A DNA stretch of 20,096 bases from a virus. This document shows positions 12,354-19,505 of the stretch, one piece after another. The number at the start of each line of letters is the position of its first letter. The stretch's first letter is position 1. Made by a program: the position numbers and the translations under genes. The DNA is taken from UHGV virus genome UHGV-1724231; one strand, given 5' to 3'. A model generated the notes under the pieces. The model ran no database searches. It was not told where the DNA came from and was given only the letters and a program-made list of their open reading frames with translations.

Positions 12354-12820
12354 TAATTTCTAGCTTTGACTATGGGATTAAGAACACATCAAGTTTTGAT
12401 TATGATTCTAAGGCCACAAATGACTCTGGAAGCCACGCTCATAACGTTAATGGTTCTGTAAGCAGTGCTGGTAGTCACAGCCACAGGATTCCATTGAGGG
12501 GTTCTGACAGGGGTGGTGTGAATGCTATCACAGCATCGGCTGATGCAGGTATTGGTAATGCGTCATATACAGACTTTGATGGGGTTCATACACATACATT
12601 CAACGTTAACTCTTCAGTTGGTGGTAACCACTCCCACAGTGTGTATATTGGAGCACATGGACACAGTGTTGTAATTGGTTCGCATGGACACTCTGGTACT
12701 GTGACAGTTCAATCTTCTGAACACACTCACTCAGGCACAACTGGTGCATTTGGTGCTGGACAAGCATTTAATATTGAGCAACCTTCTTATGTTGTATATG
12801 TTTGGAAGAGAACTGCGTAA
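12299..12820 (+). CDS. Tail fibre His-rich C-terminal tip domain (frame 2; ORF track lists 12494..12820 from a TTG start)
   Basis: Frame open from 12299; encodes repeated HxH motifs (GHSHN, SHAHN, SHSHR, HTHT, HSHS, HGHS, HGHS, HTHS) and a C-terminus resembling that of the 791-aa fibre (…VWKRTA vs …AWVRTA). Confidence 0.55.
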   Translation, partial: HSKSHTLCVAGHSHNATVVISSFDYGIKNTSSFDYDSKATNDSGSHAHNVNGSVSSAGSHSHRIPLRGSDRGGVNAITASADAGIGNASYTDFDGVHTHTFNVNSSVGGNHSHSVYIGAHGHSVVIGSHGHSGTVTVQSSEHTHSGTTGAFGAGQAFNIEQPSYVVYVWKRTA

Positions 12821-12830
12821 TTATTTTATA

Positions 12831-12848
12831 AGGGGCTACACAGCCCCT
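12831..12848. other. Intergenic hairpin between the two fibre genes
   Basis: AGGGGCT-acac-AGCCCCT, 7-bp perfect stem with 4-nt loop; no downstream U-run on + strand, so not a classical terminator. Confidence 0.35.
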
Positions 12849-12865
12849 AGAAAGAGGATTTATAA

Positions 12866-15241
12866 ATGGCTGAATATAAGCTAAGTGAGCTAAACAGTAT
12901 TGACACAGTTCGCTCAGAAGATTTACTTCACCTAAGAGTTATCAAAAGGTCTGATATGCTTGGTGATGAAGACCGTAAAATGACCTATGCAAATTTCCTT
13001 GCCTCTTTCAAACTAGAAAGATTCTTACAACTAACTGGTGGAGATATGGTAGGGAATCTTGGCATCGTTAAATTAAGATACGGTGGAAAAGACTTATTAG
13101 ACCCAACAGGTTCTTCTGAGGTTATTCTTGGTGATACTGCCAAAACCTTTAGAATTAATGCGAGTGCTTTAAGATTAACTGTAAACGATGCCACAAGGTC
13201 TGCAACAGTTTATCACACACTTAATAAACCATCTCCTAATGAATTAGGTATGAGAACTAATACTGAAAATGATACAAGATATGCTATGAAGGAAACTGAA
13301 AATACTTTCTTGGCAAGACAAATCATTAATATCAACGGTGTTGGTCTAACACTTAAAAGCATCTTACCAGATGGTGGAGCATATATTGAAGCAAGGGATT
13401 CAAATAATGCTTTAAGATTCACAGTTGGTAACTTGACTTCTAGTACTGATGTTACATTAGTTAATAGTAAGGGTGCTACGTTGACTCTTGGCACAAACTC
13501 TGTTAGTGTTGATAAGAATTTTGAAATCAATGGTCAGGTTCAGCCTAATAACTGGAATAACCTTGATGCAAGATTCTTTACACAGACTGCTGCTGACCAG
13601 AGATTTGCAAAACTTAATGCAAGTAATAACTTTATTGGGGTTAACAACTTCAATGGTAAGACTTATGTTATTGCAGATAGTAATGCACTTAACTTAAGAG
13701 CGGTTACAGAGAATGCTGCATTATTTATGCGTGGTTATAACAGTGCTGGGACAGGAACTTGGTATGTAGGTCAGCCAGATGGTACACAGTCTGAGATTGT
13801 TTTAGCAAACCAGATGACAAATGTTAACTTGAAAATTGCTACAGAGTTTTCATTTAACAAAGCTATCAATGTAGCTGGTCAGGTAAAACCAAGTGACTTT
13901 TCTAACTTTGATACAAGATATGTTCCAAGCTCTTTGACGAACGTTCTTGCAAGAACTAATGCTGCAAACGTTTTTACTAGTCCACAGACTATCAATACTG
14001 ACAGCGACAATCCTTTTAGACTACAGGCAACAGCACAAGACTCTGGAATCTACATGTCTGCACATAATGCTAATGGGAGCAGGAGATGGTGGTTGGGTAT
14101 TGGTGATGCTGGTCAAAACAATGTGGTACTTAACAATGATGTAACAGGAAAGGCAATCAATATTGGTACTGATTTAGATGTGAATACACATGTGAATATT
14201 GTTGGACAAGTAAGACCAAGCGATTGGTCAAACTTTGACTCAAGATACTACACACAATCTGCTTCAAACTCAAGATATATGTTGTCTGGTGTATCTGGAA
14301 CGGGAACAGAAGTTGGTGATACAACAGGTATTGCTTGGAATTCAAAAACAGGTTTGTACAGTGTTACAAATTCAACTGGTGGGTCTACTCACTTAGTTTA
14401 CCAAATGTACCTTGGAGTTGGTGCATCTACACCGACTGCACAGTTTAAATTTAACTACAAGAATACTGGAATCTATTATAGAACAGCAAGGGATGGATTT
14501 GGTTTTGAAGAGGTTTGGGCTAAAATCTACACAGACCAAGACAAACCTACACCCTCTGAACTTGGTGCTTACACCAAGGCTGAAGTAGACCAACGTATTG
14601 CTTCCGCTGTAACTGATGCTACAGACCTTAAGAAAGTGTATCCAGTTGGTATTGTGACGTTCTTTGCTTCTAATGTCAACCCAAATACAGCTTTCCCAGG
14701 CACTACTTGGACTTACTTAACTGAGGGTGCAAACAGAACTATTAGGATTGGTTCTGAAAATGGCTCTGATGTGAAAGGTCTTGGTGGTGCTGATACGGTT
14801 GCATTAAGTGTTGGTCACATCCCTGCACACACTCACGGCTTCTCTGGGACAACTTCTTGGTTTGACTATGGAACTAAGTACACAGATGGTCAGGGTGCTC
14901 ACGACCATGACAGAGGTAATATGGAAATCTCTGGTAACTTTGGATGGTTTAGAAGTGATAATAACTCGTTCTACGTTGCAGACGGTGCTTTTGCAATGAG
15001 TGGTAGCCAAGGTGGGCATAGCTGGACAGGTTCTAACTTCACTTATGGTGCGCCAGTTAACTTCTATGCTTCCAGAACTTGGACAGGTAGAACAAGTTGG
15101 GTAGGTGCTCATGCCCACGGTGTAGGTATTGGTGGACACAACCACACATTCAGTGGTGACACTGGTGCGACTGGTTCTGGTGCAGCATTCAGTGTTCTTA
15201 ACACTTACATTAAACTAATGGCTTGGGTAAGAACTGCATAA
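12866..15241 (+). CDS. Tail fibre protein (large, receptor-binding candidate)
   Basis: 791-aa ORF with AAGAGGA RBS; about four tandem ~110-aa repeat modules; His-rich C-terminal tip (HIPAHTHG, AHDHD, AHAHG, GHNHT). Confidence 0.7.
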   Translation: MAEYKLSELNSIDTVRSEDLLHLRVIKRSDMLGDEDRKMTYANFLASFKLERFLQLTGGDMVGNLGIVKLRYGGKDLLDPTGSSEVILGDTAKTFRINASALRLTVNDATRSATVYHTLNKPSPNELGMRTNTENDTRYAMKETENTFLARQIININGVGLTLKSILPDGGAYIEARDSNNALRFTVGNLTSSTDVTLVNSKGATLTLGTNSVSVDKNFEINGQVQPNNWNNLDARFFTQTAADQRFAKLNASNNFIGVNNFNGKTYVIADSNALNLRAVTENAALFMRGYNSAGTGTWYVGQPDGTQSEIVLANQMTNVNLKIATEFSFNKAINVAGQVKPSDFSNFDTRYVPSSLTNVLARTNAANVFTSPQTINTDSDNPFRLQATAQDSGIYMSAHNANGSRRWWLGIGDAGQNNVVLNNDVTGKAINIGTDLDVNTHVNIVGQVRPSDWSNFDSRYYTQSASNSRYMLSGVSGTGTEVGDTTGIAWNSKTGLYSVTNSTGGSTHLVYQMYLGVGASTPTAQFKFNYKNTGIYYRTARDGFGFEEVWAKIYTDQDKPTPSELGAYTKAEVDQRIASAVTDATDLKKVYPVGIVTFFASNVNPNTAFPGTTWTYLTEGANRTIRIGSENGSDVKGLGGADTVALSVGHIPAHTHGFSGTTSWFDYGTKYTDGQGAHDHDRGNMEISGNFGWFRSDNNSFYVADGAFAMSGSQGGHSWTGSNFTYGAPVNFYASRTWTGRTSWVGAHAHGVGIGGHNHTFSGDTGATGSGAAFSVLNTYIKLMAWVRTA

Positions 15242-15249
15242 TTACCTTA

Positions 15250-15278
15250 TTGACTAACTGTCAAGATGGTGTTAATAT
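15250..15278 (+). promoter_or_regulatory. Sigma70-like promoter (TTGACT-N17-TAATAT)
   Basis: -35 TTGACT at 15250-15255, 17-nt spacer, -10 TAATAT at 15273-15278; lies in the gap after the fibre gene, about 50 nt upstream of ATG 15328. Confidence 0.5.
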
Positions 15279-15327
15279 TTCTTAGTAGGTATTCTCACCA
15301 TCTTGGCTCAAGAAGTAAGGTGATTAA

Positions 15328-15522
15328 ATGCCAACCATTCTAGCAATCCTCTTGAAAAATCTTGGGGCATTCTTCTGGAAGCTTCTACTTTCTCTTCTTA
15401 GCGAATATATGATTGAAAAAGTGTTCTTCAAGCTTGCAAGATACCTTGCGAGTAAAACAGACACACCTATTGATGATGAATTTGTAGATACCTTGGAAAA
15501 GGCTTTTAAGGGTGAAAAATAA
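15328..15522 (+). CDS. Small hydrophobic/amphipathic protein (holin- or membrane-associated candidate)
   Basis: 64-aa ORF with a hydrophobic N-terminal half (ILAILLKNLGAFFWKLLLSLL) and charged C-terminus; AAGG RBS; stop overlaps the next start. Confidence 0.45.
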   Translation: MPTILAILLKNLGAFFWKLLLSLLSEYMIEKVFFKLARYLASKTDTPIDDEFVDTLEKAFKGEK

Positions 15523-15896
15523 TGAAGTGGATTGAAGAGGCTTTTAAGAACAACATTGGTGCAATTGTTGTAGGTATTTTCAGTGTAATTGGTATGTACA
15601 CTACGATGCAGGTCTCTGATGGAAAGCAAGAAGTTTCTATAAACACAAAGTTACAACAGTTGGATGGTTACTCAAAAGGTAACTATTCAGCTATTCGTGA
15701 TTTACAGTCTGATATGAAACTCCTTCAGTTAGGGATGGAGAACCAGAAAGTGCAGCTAGAGAACGTTAAAGGGGAAAACGCTAAGTTGACCAAAACCCTT
15801 GATAAATTCTCAGATAGTGTGAACAACTTAGCACAGTCTGTATCAGCTTTACAAGCAATTACCGAACAAAATACACAGAATGCTAAAAAGAAATAA
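15522..15896 (+). CDS. Membrane-anchored coiled-coil protein (i-spanin-like candidate)
   Basis: 124-aa ORF with one N-terminal transmembrane segment (IGAIVVGIFSVIGMY) followed by a heptad-like Q/L/K/E-rich region; followed by a terminator. Confidence 0.45.
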   Translation: MKWIEEAFKNNIGAIVVGIFSVIGMYTTMQVSDGKQEVSINTKLQQLDGYSKGNYSAIRDLQSDMKLLQLGMENQKVQLENVKGENAKLTKTLDKFSDSVNNLAQSVSALQAITEQNTQNAKKK

Positions 15897-15900
15897 TGCT

Positions 15901-15928
15901 AAGGCTCCCGTAAAAAGGAGCCTTTTTT
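15901..15928. terminator. Bidirectional rho-independent terminator between convergent transcription units
   Basis: AAGGCTCC-loop-GGAGCCTT stem followed by TTTTTT on + strand; on the - strand the same hairpin lies just 3' of the thymidylate synthase stop and is followed by a U-rich tract. Confidence 0.7.
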
Positions 15929-15932
15929 GTAT

Positions 15933-16832
15933 CTACTTACCTACTGACAATGGAGCTTCAATCTTACCAGCATGTCGGTAATCTTTCAAGCCACCTATAA
16001 AGTCACTTGCTGTTAAGTGCTTCAGGTCACCAATACTGTTTAACTCAATATCAATATCAAACTTCGGTGCTGGGAACTCTTCGTTACCTAACAACTGATA
16101 GACTTGCTGCATATGGTTCAGGTAAATCTGGGTATCACCAAAAGTACCAACCAGATAACGTGGAGTTAAACCTGTCATCTTACAAAGCACATGTAGGATA
16201 AACCCATAAGATGCAATATTAAAGGGCAAACCTAAAAATGTGTCGCATGAACGCTGATACCATTTCAAGTCAACCTCTCCAGTATTCGAGATATAAATCT
16301 GGAAAAGTACATGACAAGGGGCTAATGCCATAGAGTTGCTTGAGATATCTGCTGCATTCCATGCGTTAACCAGCATGTAACGGTCTGTAGGAGACTTTTT
16401 CATCTTATCCACAAGATTACTCAACTGGTCAACGACAACCCCACCATGCCCCTCAAAAGCCCTCCATTGGACACCATAGATTCGTCCACCTGCATCTTCC
16501 AACCAATCATTTTCAGTTGCATAGGTTGTCTTTAACCAACGTTCAAAATCATCTGTCCAGATAGTCCAACGCTCTCCATCGTTCTCTCCCCAAGTTCTGT
16601 AACGTAAATCACCCAACTTGTTTTCACCATTCAAAAACCACAATGCTTCACCTAAAACTTGACGCATGAAGGTTTGCTTTGAAGTGATTAATGGGAAACC
16701 ACTACGCATGTCAAAACGAAACTCTGGAGGTGCAAACGTTGTAACAACCTTTCCAGTTCTTGTTTTACGTTCTTCCCCAACAGAAAGAACATGGTTGAGA
16801 ATCCCTTTGTAACTTATATCTGCTTGTGACAT
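15933..16832 (-). CDS. thyA: Thymidylate synthase (ThyA family)
   Basis: 299-aa ORF with ThyA hallmark motifs: RTG…GFPL(I/V)T(S/T)K, ALAPCH (catalytic Cys), YQRSCD-FLGLPFNIASY (Asn in FNIAS indicates dUMP specificity); AGAGGA RBS. Confidence 0.85.
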   Translation of the reverse strand: MSQADISYKGILNHVLSVGEERKTRTGKVVTTFAPPEFRFDMRSGFPLITSKQTFMRQVLGEALWFLNGENKLGDLRYRTWGENDGERWTIWTDDFERWLKTTYATENDWLEDAGGRIYGVQWRAFEGHGGVVVDQLSNLVDKMKKSPTDRYMLVNAWNAADISSNSMALAPCHVLFQIYISNTGEVDLKWYQRSCDTFLGLPFNIASYGFILHVLCKMTGLTPRYLVGTFGDTQIYLNHMQQVYQLLGNEEFPAPKFDIDIELNSIGDLKHLTASDFIGGLKDYRHAGKIEAPLSVGK

Positions 16833-16833
16833 A

Positions 16834-17379
16834 TTAGAAACGTCCTCTTACTTGTGGAACATAAATGTTGAATACAACGCTGTCATCTTTCGATGGTTTT
16901 GACTGTATTCTAGCAAAAGTTGACTCATCATACAAGTACTCAAAGAAACCCTTATAAGGCAGCTTAACAGTTGCTTCTTCAGTCACTTCACGGATATATG
17001 TTTGACAAATTGCATCTGCATATGGTAAAGCTTGGATAAGAATACCTGCTCCACCAATTATACAAACATCTTGCTCAATACTACTATCCAGATGTTTTAA
17101 GAATGCCCCAAAAGCGTCTGGGTGAACCTTAGCAAACATTACATCTTCTCTACCAAAATCTATACCTTCATACGGTAATGAGTTTGTCAGAACAAGATTA
17201 TCACGGTCTGGTAAAGGTTTACTTCCAAGACTCTTGAAAGTGTCATTACCCATAACTACCAATTGACCTGTAGTAATCCTCTTGAACTCTTGCATATCTT
17301 GCTTATTACGAGGCCAAGGCATACCAGAGGGGCAACCAAACTCCCCGTTAATACCGTTTGCAAAAACCAATTTAATCAT
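16834..17379 (-). CDS. folA: Dihydrofolate reductase
   Basis: 181-aa ORF with DHFR-like motifs (GMPWP near N-terminus, LVVMGNDTFKSLG, PLPDRDNLVLT, CIIGGAGI); 1-nt gap to thyA, matching the known frd-td pairing in large lytic phages. Confidence 0.75.
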   Translation of the reverse strand: MIKLVFANGINGEFGCPSGMPWPRNKQDMQEFKRITTGQLVVMGNDTFKSLGSKPLPDRDNLVLTNSLPYEGIDFGREDVMFAKVHPDAFGAFLKHLDSSIEQDVCIIGGAGILIQALPYADAICQTYIREVTEEATVKLPYKGFFEYLYDESTFARIQSKPSKDDSVVFNIYVPQVRGRF

Positions 17380-17648
17380 TGTGTGAACCCTTTTACAATA
17401 AACCAGTTAGCAATATTCTTCACAGTTTTTACTGGATGGAATACTAAGCGTGGTTGTGGTTGATAACTGCCATAAGCCCAGAAAGAGATGATGTTGTCAC
17501 AATCAGTGCAACGTGTGTACTCTTCTGCTACGTTCCCTGCCACAATCTCTGTAATCTCACCTTGGAAATTTGTACCCCCACAATGGGGGCATTTTAGAGG
17601 TTCACCATCTTGGTTGTAGCATTGCTCAAACTTCTCAAAAAGTTTCAC
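17376..17648 (-). CDS. Small zinc-ribbon protein, unknown function
   Basis: 90-aa ORF with CPHCGG…CTDCD (two CxxC pairs); GTG start with AAGGT RBS; stop overlaps the folA start (ATGA). Confidence 0.5.
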   Translation of the reverse strand: MKLFEKFEQCYNQDGEPLKCPHCGGTNFQGEITEIVAGNVAEEYTRCTDCDNIISFWAYGSYQPQPRLVFHPVKTVKNIANWFIVKGFTQ

Positions 17649-17699
17649 TTTTTGTTTACCTTAAAAGCTTGCTGGATATCAACTACGAAGTCTAAATCA

Positions 17700-18158
17700 T
17701 CACACTAGGAAATCTTCAAAGTGTTTTGGTATAAAACTTAGGAAATCCATAGAACCCAAATCACCTACTAAGCGAATGTAATAATCGTTCTCGCAAGTTG
17801 CATTAACTACATGTCGGCCTATGTATGGCTTCACAACCTCTCTGATATCATCTATGAAGATGTTCAGAAGAGTTTTGAAGGATTTAGGGTACTGAGTTCC
17901 TCCATACAAGTCAATGCTTGCTTCAGTCTTTACAGAGATTGATTTAGCATCTCTGAACTCAGTTGCGAACAGATGAGCAGGAAGAATACAAAGTGAGTCC
18001 CCAGTATCTTCATCAACCAACTCAATAGTTCCTGCATCATAGTTTGTTTTAATCAGTATTTCACCTTCTTGTGACTTTTTGGTTTCAAGGTGAGTGGTGA
18101 TAATACCTCTCAACATTGATGCTTCTGGGAGCAGTAAGTTGATTCCAATCTTTTGCAT
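17700..18158 (-). CDS. Hypothetical protein
   Basis: 152-aa ORF, coupled to the upstream gene (1-nt gap); no recognisable motif. Confidence 0.5.
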   Translation of the reverse strand: MQKIGINLLLPEASMLRGIITTHLETKKSQEGEILIKTNYDAGTIELVDEDTGDSLCILPAHLFATEFRDAKSISVKTEASIDLYGGTQYPKSFKTLLNIFIDDIREVVKPYIGRHVVNATCENDYYIRLVGDLGSMDFLSFIPKHFEDFLV

Positions 18159-18159
18159 G

Positions 18160-18663
18160 TCATACCTCTACAAAGGTGTTTTTGTCATTATCAAACTTGA
18201 AGAATTTTATACACTTCTGAGTCTTCCAGTCAATCTTTTGGTCATAAGAAAGACCTTGAGAGACTCTCTTACCAACTGTTTGATAGATAATTTCACGAAG
18301 AGCATCATATTCCTTCCAAGCTCTTGTACCAATAGTTATATTGGCTCTCTTATAGCTCTCAACAGCTTGCTCATTCCAACGTTGCTCACTAACACTACCA
18401 ACTTTGTAGAGTCTTGGAAGAAGCTCATAACCCATTTGACCTTTCTCTCTGGCAATCTTTAGGTTATGAAGGTACTCGTTAAGGCGACCGTCTTCTTCAA
18501 GCCAACGATAAAGACTCTGGAGACCAAAAATCTCGTTGTTGAAGTGAGCAGCACGTTTCACAGAACCTAAGTCAGCACGATAATCTGATTTAGGGAGGCT
18601 TAGAATACAATCTTGTAATACATTGTATCCAAAGTACAAGTTCAGTTTTACGGGAAGAGACAT
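18160..18663 (-). CDS. Hypothetical protein
   Basis: 167-aa ORF, overlaps the upstream gene by 16 nt; no recognisable motif. Confidence 0.5.
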   Translation of the reverse strand: MSLPVKLNLYFGYNVLQDCILSLPKSDYRADLGSVKRAAHFNNEIFGLQSLYRWLEEDGRLNEYLHNLKIAREKGQMGYELLPRLYKVGSVSEQRWNEQAVESYKRANITIGTRAWKEYDALREIIYQTVGKRVSQGLSYDQKIDWKTQKCIKFFKFDNDKNTFVEV

Positions 18664-19013
18664 TTAATATCCTCATTTTTAAAGGTGAACGTGGTGTAGT
18701 TAGTCCCGTCAACATTTAGCCAGATAGCCTTAACAGATACACCATCAATATTGCCAAACAGTTCTTTGATGAACTTGTTACGAACATCATGAGCACAAGT
18801 TGTCTCAAGCTTAATGTTAGAGATAGCGGAGCCAATTGTCATATAACCAGCAATACGACTCTTCTCAGTATGCTTGATTCTTCCTTCTTGATACATCTGC
18901 TTCAGGACTCCCAAGAGTTCTTCACCAAATGACTTCTCAGCACTCGTCGGTTTCCCGTAGAAACCAAGTGCAAAGTTGTCGTTGAAAATTGCATTCTTAC
19001 GTTTCATAATCAA
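18648..19013 (-). CDS. Hypothetical protein
   Basis: 121-aa ORF in the same coupled operon. Confidence 0.5.
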   Translation of the reverse strand: MIMKRKNAIFNDNFALGFYGKPTSAEKSFGEELLGVLKQMYQEGRIKHTEKSRIAGYMTIGSAISNIKLETTCAHDVRNKFIKELFGNIDGVSVKAIWLNVDGTNYTTFTFKNEDIKCLFP

Positions 19014-19309
19014 TCTGCCTTACTTAAGTTGAAGTTTAAACCAAGTTTATCACAAATACTAATCATGTAGTCAAGCGAAACTTTACCGCTACCGTTTAAG
19101 ATGTTTGAAACTCTTGCTTGAGAAATCTCACAAATCTTTGCTACCTGAACTTGTGATAGATTGTTTCTTTTCATGTGAATGTGGAGTTTCTCAGAGATAT
19201 AGAACTTCATCTCATCCACATCCATTCCAGCTATGTATGTTTCCATTTCAGACTCTCTATCAGCCTCCCAAGAATCTTGAGGTGCATAAGGGTCGAAGAC
19301 TTTATTCAT
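19010..19309 (-). CDS. HTH (XRE/Cro-C1-type) DNA-binding protein with acidic N-terminal extension
   Basis: 99-aa ORF; C-terminal helix-turn-helix signature LSQVQVAKICEISQARVSNILNG; ATGA overlap with the downstream gene. Confidence 0.6.
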   Translation of the reverse strand: MNKVFDPYAPQDSWEADRESEMETYIAGMDVDEMKFYISEKLHIHMKRNNLSQVQVAKICEISQARVSNILNGSGKVSLDYMISICDKLGLNFNLSKAD

Positions 19310-19505
19310 CCTTCTTCCTCCGTTTACGCGAAGTGTCTATTAATGAATCTATACTGGTTGCTCTTACATTCTCACGAGTCCCGTTGACGAAGTGGTCTAG
19401 AGCCTCTACAACCGTATTAAAATCCTTAGCCCAAACTCTGTAAATAACTACTCCATCGTCGTCAACAACTTCGCCATAGTCAATTCTACAGATGTTCTTT
19501 TTCAT
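19302..19505 (-). CDS. Small hypothetical protein overlapping the HTH gene
   Basis: 67-aa ORF with basic C-terminal tail (RKRRKKDE); 8-nt overlap with the HTH gene start, 4-nt overlap with the upstream gene. Confidence 0.4.
   Translation of the reverse strand: MKKNICRIDYGEVVDDDGVVIYRVWAKDFNTVVEALDHFVNGTRENVRATSIDSLIDTSRKRRKKDE

Noticed and set aside
12299-15241. Diversity-generating retroelement or invertible (Gin/Cin-type) fibre-switching segment, suggested by two fibres with related C-termini
   Set aside because: No reverse transcriptase or invertase gene, no template/variable repeat pair at nucleotide level, and both fibre genes are in the same orientation.
16007-19443. + strand ORFs overlapping the - strand early operon (16007..16201, 17263..17463, 18094..18462, 19105..19443, 19175..19387)
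   Set aside because: They lie antisense to the thymidylate synthase, DHFR/zinc-ribbon and HTH genes, which have clear motifs and coupled organisation; no RBS or promoter context supports them.
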